From the NCBI RefSeq assembly GCF_055900595.2, contig NZ_CM148325.1: 64,000 nt of DNA. The stretch is one strand, 5' to 3'. The notes beneath the pieces are model-generated. The model was not told where the DNA came from. It was given only the letters and a program-made list of their open reading frames with translations, and ran no database searches. Of the stretch, positions 55,320 to 64,000 are shown one piece after another; the stretch's first letter is position 1; each line of letters starts with the position of its first letter. The position numbers were made by a program, and so were the translations under genes.

Positions 55320-58300
55320 TTACCCTACCGCTGGTGTCGGATCGTCGCCTTTGTAGTCGCGTTTTACTTCCGTCACCTCATCGCCCTTCTCGTTGTGCAG
55401 ATGCACTTCAAGCTGGTTAAAGGCAATGTTGATGTCGTTTTCACGGCACAGCTGATCGATAGTACGGTTCAGCTCATCGACAGTACGGCTACGGTCACGC
55501 AGTTCACGCACATACAGACGCAGCTCATGATCCAACGTGCTGGCACCAAACGCCGTAAAGAAGACTTCCGGCATTGGTTCGTGCATCACCCTTGGGTGCT
55601 CAGTCGCCGCCTTCAGTAACACTTTACGCACTTTTTCCAGATCGGAGCCATAGGCCACACCGAGACGGATCACCAGACGCGTAGTAGTGTCAGTCAACGA
55701 CCAGTTGATCAGACGCTCGGTAACAAACGCTTTGTTCGGGATGATCACTTCTTTGCGATCGAAATCGGTAATCGTTGTCGCACGAATACGAATCTTACTT
55801 ACCGTCCCCGAGAAGCTACCAATGGTTACCGTATCGCCAATGCGTACCGGACGTTCGAACAGAATGATCAAACCGGAGACAAAGTTACCGAAGATCTCTT
55901 GTAAACCAAAACCAAGACCTACGGATAATGCTGCCGCCAGCCACTGGAGTTTATCCCACGAGACGCCCAGCGATCCGAACACCGTCATCGCACCAACGGC
56001 AATAATGATGTAGTTAAGGATGGTAGTAATGGCATACGACGCGCCCTGGCGCATATTCAGGCGCGAGAGCACCAACACTTCCAGCAAACCAGGCAGGTTG
56101 CGAATCAACGCCCAGGCTACCATTGAGGCGATAATCGCAAACAACAGACTGCCCATGGTGACGTTTTTCACCACCGCAGCGCCAGCTTCAGTGCCGTTGT
56201 AATGCCAGAGCGTGATGCTGTCGAGATAGCTGAACACGGTGATCAAATCTGACCAAATTGCCCAGAACATGACACCGAACAGCGCAAACATCAGCAACAT
56301 AGTAATACGCAGCGTCTGTTGGTTAACCTGCTCCAGTGCAATGGTTGGTTCTTCCGGCGGTTCGGCACCTTCTGCGCCCTCTTTCACCAGATTCTGTCGA
56401 CGCGCTAGCGCACGACGCCAGGCGATACGCCGCGCCGCTACGCTTAAGCCGCGCAATACCGTCTGGTACAGCAGGTTCCAGATAATCACCAGATACACGG
56501 TTTCAATCCAACGTCCGGAGAGGCGCAGTGTGGTGTAGAAATAACCCGTGGCGGTCAGCACCATCAACGCAATCGGGATTATCGACAGTATGGTAATGGT
56601 GACAAGTCGCATGGTGTGCGACTCTTTATCACGCCAGCTTTCGCGGCACATTGGCCATACCAGGAAGGCAATCAGCAGCAGGTTGAAGAAAATCATCGCC
56701 TGCCCCAGCACATCATCCATCAGATGCAGCGGGGAAAGTTCTGCCACCACAGACCAGAAATGGATAGGCAGCAACGCGAGACTGATGCGGACAATTTGCC
56801 GACGCCAGTGGCTGGTCTGCTGTTCCGGCATGCCGAAGTGACGCACGGCAACACCGTTTTTCTCCAGTACCTTCCAGCACAGGCCAAACACCAGCCAGAA
56901 AATCGCCAGTTTTTTACTGAACGACCATAGCAGTTCGCTGATGTTGAGCTGCATGGTCAACAGAATCAGGCCAACCGCGAGAATAATCAGGCACACCGGC
57001 AGCGCACGGATCAGGTCGATAAGGATCGCTTTTGGTGTGTTGAGCTGGCTGTCGTTACGCAGGGAACCCACAGCGGAAGCCAGTTTTTGTTGATACGCTT
57101 TCAGCCAGCCCAGACGCCAGTGGATCAGCCCGGCAATTAATAGCAGTGGCAAACCAGCGAGGAAAGCGATAAAGACGGCAGGCCAGGCTTTTTCCCAGTT
57201 TACCGTGATCTTCATCGACTTAAATTCATCTTTCAGCGTTTGTGGGAACGCTTTGATCCAGTCCCAGTCCATTGGACGGTTACTGTTCACCCAAAAGATT
57301 TGCTGAGTCAGGATCGATTTCAGGTTTTTCGACACGCTCATTAACTGCTGCTGGTTGATTTGCAGGTTAATGGCCATCATCAGCTGGTTACCCAACTGTT
57401 TGTTAAGCTGATCCAGCAATTCGCGACGCATATCAACTACTTGCAATAACGCATCGTGAACTTCGCTGTTGACTTCGTTGGTGTGACCTTCTTCCAGTTT
57501 GTTGACGAACGCATCGCTCTGGAAGAGTGCATCACGCTGCTGGTTAACTTCAAACTGTTCGAGACGCAAATCCGCGATGCGGTTGGTCATGTTTTCCAGT
57601 TCATCCGCCGAGGGCAGCGTTTGTTGTTGCTGGTAAAGGATACGAGACAACAGCAGACTGCCCTTCAGGACGGCAATCTGCTCCTTAATATTTCGTTCCG
57701 ATTGCAGCGCCCGCTCAAGCCAGTTTTTGACTTTAATGTTTTGCTGCATTAGCTGATTACCGTTTTCAGTCGCGGTAATCAGACGCTGACTCAACTGCTG
57801 GTTAATTTCCAGTTCCTGTTTCACCAGAGGATTAGCCTGAATACGTGCAGCTTCATCCGGGGAGACGGCTTCCTGCGCCGTTTTTTCGGTTAAGGTCAGG
57901 CGCTTACTGTTTACCGCTTCTTGCAACAGTTGCAACTGGTGTTCCAGACGAGCACTGTTCGCCGTCACGTAATCACGCTGCTTTTGCAAGGTATCCTGTA
58001 AGACGGTGTTCCCTTCCAGGCTTTTTCGCTGCTGGTCAATCTCAGCATTCAGCAAAACCTGCTGGGCCTGCATCAACACTTTCTGGCTGGGACGTAAGGC
58101 AGTATCGCCAACATCAGTGCCATCCAGGCGGCTGCGAATTTGTTGCAGCTGCTGCGAAGCGTTATACATCGCATTTTGCACGCGTTCGGGCTGCGTCTGT
58201 AACGAAACCAGCTGGCTGTTATAAGACGCCAGATCGTTTTGTGCGTTTTGCAAATCGTCCAGCGCCTGGGCAACGCGAGTTTCCAGCTGGCGCAACGAAA

Positions 58301-58682
58301 GCGTGCTCAGAATTTTGCGCGTTTCTTCGTCGTTATCGACATCGCTAAGTGCTGTTAACGCCGCGGTCGCCTGACGCATTTTTTCCGGCGCTTCAGCGAC
58401 TTTTTGCCGTAGCTGAACTGTCTCTTCTTTTATGCGATCGATTTTATCGAGGGTGGCTAATGTATCTGTCAGATCCTGCTGCACCAGTTTGTCCTGAGCA
58501 GAAAGATCTTTTTGTTTATTCAGTGAGTCAAGTTGTGCCTGCAGGTCCGCTTTTGTTGGCAGATCACCATTCGATGGCGCCCGCGCAAACGCCGTGTTCT
58601 GGCATAACAAGACAAAAACAAAAGCAATAAATGCTGAAAAAACAAAATGCCGTGATCGTTTGTAATACTGGAACATAGTCAT
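55320..58682 (-). CDS. mscK: Potassium-dependent mechanosensitive channel
   Basis: 1120 aa: signal sequence, long coiled-coil periplasmic domain, multi-TM region and a C-terminal MscS domain. Recognised as MscK/KefA. Confidence 0.95.
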   Translation of the reverse strand: MTMFQYYKRSRHFVFSAFIAFVFVLLCQNTAFARAPSNGDLPTKADLQAQLDSLNKQKDLSAQDKLVQQDLTDTLATLDKIDRIKEETVQLRQKVAEAPEKMRQATAALTALSDVDNDEETRKILSTLSLRQLETRVAQALDDLQNAQNDLASYNSQLVSLQTQPERVQNAMYNASQQLQQIRSRLDGTDVGDTALRPSQKVLMQAQQVLLNAEIDQQRKSLEGNTVLQDTLQKQRDYVTANSARLEHQLQLLQEAVNSKRLTLTEKTAQEAVSPDEAARIQANPLVKQELEINQQLSQRLITATENGNQLMQQNIKVKNWLERALQSERNIKEQIAVLKGSLLLSRILYQQQQTLPSADELENMTNRIADLRLEQFEVNQQRDALFQSDAFVNKLEEGHTNEVNSEVHDALLQVVDMRRELLDQLNKQLGNQLMMAINLQINQQQLMSVSKNLKSILTQQIFWVNSNRPMDWDWIKAFPQTLKDEFKSMKITVNWEKAWPAVFIAFLAGLPLLLIAGLIHWRLGWLKAYQQKLASAVGSLRNDSQLNTPKAILIDLIRALPVCLIILAVGLILLTMQLNISELLWSFSKKLAIFWLVFGLCWKVLEKNGVAVRHFGMPEQQTSHWRRQIVRISLALLPIHFWSVVAELSPLHLMDDVLGQAMIFFNLLLIAFLVWPMCRESWRDKESHTMRLVTITILSIIPIALMVLTATGYFYTTLRLSGRWIETVYLVIIWNLLYQTVLRGLSVAARRIAWRRALARRQNLVKEGAEGAEPPEEPTIALEQVNQQTLRITMLLMFALFGVMFWAIWSDLITVFSYLDSITLWHYNGTEAGAAVVKNVTMGSLLFAIIASMVAWALIRNLPGLLEVLVLSRLNMRQGASYAITTILNYIIIAVGAMTVFGSLGVSWDKLQWLAAALSVGLGFGLQEIFGNFVSGLIILFERPVRIGDTVTIGSFSGTVSKIRIRATTITDFDRKEVIIPNKAFVTERLINWSLTDTTTRLVIRLGVAYGSDLEKVRKVLLKAATEHPRVMHEPMPEVFFTAFGASTLDHELRLYVRELRDRSRTVDELNRTIDQLCRENDINIAFNQLEVHLHNEKGDEVTEVKRDYKGDDPTPAVG

Positions 58683-58809
58683 GATGAATGAAGGTTTCTG
58701 AACCTGAAGAACGACCTGAAAAAGTCAAACCGCAAGAATATCACGACGCAGTGAACCAGAATAGCAACGACGAAAATGTCCAGGAAAAATCCTGGAGTCA
58801 GATTCAGGG

Positions 58810-59457
58810 TTATTCGTTAGTGGCAGGATTACGAAGCGTGGGGCACAGGAGATACATCTCCAGTAAGATGGCGACGTAATCGCGGGCTTCTTTTTTAAGA
58901 TCAAAAGATTGCGGGGCAAAGAGCCAGTTTTCCATCAGGCCGGAAATATAGCCGCGCATAATAATTGCTGCGCGACGCGTCATTAAATCCGCAGGCAACA
59001 TTTTCGCTTCAATACAATGTTTTAACGTTTGTTCTATACGGTCATAACTTTCCAGACAGAGATTACGTTGTGCCTGTTGCACAACAGCCATTTCTCCGAC
59101 AAATTCGCATTTGTGGAATATAATCTCCATCAATAATCGACGCCGTTCTTCTGTCACCGTGGATTCAAGAACATGAATTAATATCTCTCTTAATACTGAG
59201 AGTGGATCGCCAGGGAATTTTGCCTGATACTCAAGCTCTAGTTCACCAATATTGGATTCTGACAGTTCCCAGATCTCACTGAACAAATCCGACTTGTCTT
59301 TAAAATGCCAGTAGATTGCACCGCGCGTAACGCCAGCTGCTTTTGCAATCTCACCCAGCGAGGTGGATGATACCCCCTGCTGTGAGAAAAGACGTAGAGC
59401 CACATCGAGGATGTGTTGGCGCGTTTCCTGCGCTTCTTGTTTGGTTTTTCGTGCCAT
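58810..59457 (-). CDS. acrR: TetR-family repressor of acrAB
   Basis: 215 aa, [52 protein letters not shown]. Confidence 0.96.
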
Positions 59458-59485
59458 ATGTTCGTGAATTTACAGGCGTTAGATT

Positions 59486-59509
59486 TACATACATTTATGA
59501 ATGTATGTA
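59486..59509. promoter_or_regulatory. AcrR operator palindrome in the acrR/acrA divergent region
   Basis: TACATACATT-TATG-AATGTATGTA, the known 24-bp AcrR inverted repeat. I recall TGTG in the centre for K-12. Confidence 0.75.
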
Positions 59510-59598
59510 CCATAGCACGACGATAATATAAACGCAGCAATGGGTTTATTAACTTTTGACCATTGACCAATTTGAAATCGGACACTCGAGGTTTACAT

Positions 59599-60792
59599 AT
59601 GAACAAAAACAGAGGGTTTACGCCTCTGGCGGTCGTTCTGATGCTCTCAGGCAGCTTAGCCCTAACAGGATGTGACGACAAACAGGCCCAACAAGGTGGC
59701 CAGCAGATGCCCGCCGTTGGCGTAGTTACAGTCAAAACTGAACCTCTGCAGATCACAACCGAGCTTCCGGGTCGCACCAGTGCCTACCGGATCGCAGAAG
59801 TTCGTCCTCAAGTTAGCGGGATTATCCTGAAGCGTAATTTCAAAGAAGGTAGCGACATCGAAGCAGGTGTCTCTCTCTATCAGATTGATCCTGCGACCTA
59901 TCAGGCGACATACGACAGTGCGAAAGGCGATTTAGCGAAAGCCCAGGCTGCAGCCAATATCGCGCAATTGACGGTGAATCGTTATCAGAAACTGCTGGGT
60001 ACGCAGTACATCAGTAAGCAAGAGTACGATCAGGCTCTGGCTGATGCGCAACAGGCGAATGCCGCGGTAACTGCGGCGAAAGCTGCCGTTGAAACTGCGC
60101 GTATCAATCTGGCTTACACCAAAGTCACCTCTCCAATTAGCGGCCGCATTGGTAAGTCAAACGTGACGGAAGGTGCCCTGGTGCAAAACGGTCAGGCGAC
60201 TGCGCTGGCAACCGTGCAGCAACTTGATCCGATCTACGTTGATGTGACTCAGTCCAGCAACGATTTCCTGCGCCTGAAACAGGAACTGGCAAATGGCACG
60301 CTGAAACAAGAGAACGGCAAAGCCAAAGTGTCGCTGATCACCAGTGACGGCATTAAGTTCCCACAGGACGGTACGCTGGAGTTCTCTGACGTTACTGTCG
60401 ATCAGACCACCGGGTCTATCACCCTACGCGCTATCTTCCCGAACCCGGATCACACTCTGCTGCCGGGTATGTTCGTGCGCGCACGTCTGGAAGAAGGGCT
60501 TAATCCAAACGCCATTTTAGTCCCGCAACAGGGTGTAACCCGTACGCCGCGTGGCGATGCTACCGTACTGGTGGTTGGCGCGGATGACAAAGTGGAAACC
60601 CGTCCGATCGTTGCAAGCCAGGCTATTGGCGATAAGTGGCTGGTGACAGAAGGTCTGAAAGCAGGCGATCGCGTAGTAATAAGTGGGCTGCAGAAAGTGC
60701 GTCCTGGTGTCCAGGTAAAAGCACAAGAAGTTACCGCTGATAATAACCAGCAAGCCGCAAGCGGTACTCAGCCTGAACAGTCCAAGTCTTAA
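59599..60792 (+). CDS. acrA: Multidrug efflux periplasmic adaptor
   Basis: From MNKNRGFTPLAVVLMLSGSLALTGC (lipobox), 397 aa. Confidence 0.96.
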   Translation: MNKNRGFTPLAVVLMLSGSLALTGCDDKQAQQGGQQMPAVGVVTVKTEPLQITTELPGRTSAYRIAEVRPQVSGIILKRNFKEGSDIEAGVSLYQIDPATYQATYDSAKGDLAKAQAAANIAQLTVNRYQKLLGTQYISKQEYDQALADAQQANAAVTAAKAAVETARINLAYTKVTSPISGRIGKSNVTEGALVQNGQATALATVQQLDPIYVDVTQSSNDFLRLKQELANGTLKQENGKAKVSLITSDGIKFPQDGTLEFSDVTVDQTTGSITLRAIFPNPDHTLLPGMFVRARLEEGLNPNAILVPQQGVTRTPRGDATVLVVGADDKVETRPIVASQAIGDKWLVTEGLKAGDRVVISGLQKVRPGVQVKAQEVTADNNQQAASGTQPEQSKS

Positions 60793-60811
60793 CTTAAACA
60801 GGAGCCGTTAA

Positions 60812-63964
<3,153 letters not shown>

Positions 63965-64000
63965 TACAACGTGTAATCACTAAGGCCGCGCAAGCGGCCT

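Overview
The window splits into two parts.

**(A) Positions 1 to about 33.1-34.3 kb: most of a P2-like temperate prophage.** The left end, with the 3' end of int and attL, lies outside the window.
- The order is int, C, a cox-like ORF, an early operon, rolling-circle initiator gpA and a cargo region. Then come Q/P (minus strand), O-N-M-L-X, lysis genes, R-S, V-W-J-I-H-G, U-T-E/E'-FII-FI (minus strand), D and ogr.
- The structural genes were recognised by recalled similarity to P2 proteins and by synteny. No search was run.
- Compared with P2 as I recall it, the prophage differs in five ways:
  1. A tRNA-like, C4/CI-type antisense-RNA module with duplicated two-block targets and a terminator/antiterminator sits directly upstream of the replication genes (4816-5122).
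  2. An opposite-strand two-TM, SLATT-like moron lies in the early operon.
  3. Small uncharacterised cargo genes and a RelE/ParE toxin-antitoxin pair occupy the position where P2 carries tin/old.
  4. The FI-FII-E-T-U block is inverted while D keeps its orientation.
  5. The lysis cassette is a pinholin plus SAR endolysin.
- Between ogr and the copA promoter (32.97-34.33 kb) there are four to five sRNA-like modules, each a promoter, a stem-loop and a GCCCGC..GCGGGC terminator. Interleaved with them are two paralogous genes of about 72 aa. The exact attR cannot be fixed from this window.

**(B) 34.4-64 kb: conserved E. coli core chromosome.** The genes are copA, ybaP, chiX, ybaK, ushA, fsr, ybaL, gsk, aes, hemH, adk, htpG, recR, ybaB, dnaX, apt, ybaN, priC, ybaM, mscK, acrR and acrAB. 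Known recoding sites (dnaX, copA) and REP/BIME repeats are present. I saw nothing unusual in the core part.

All functional calls rest on reading the sequence, motif recognition and remembered family features. No database search or structure prediction was possible.
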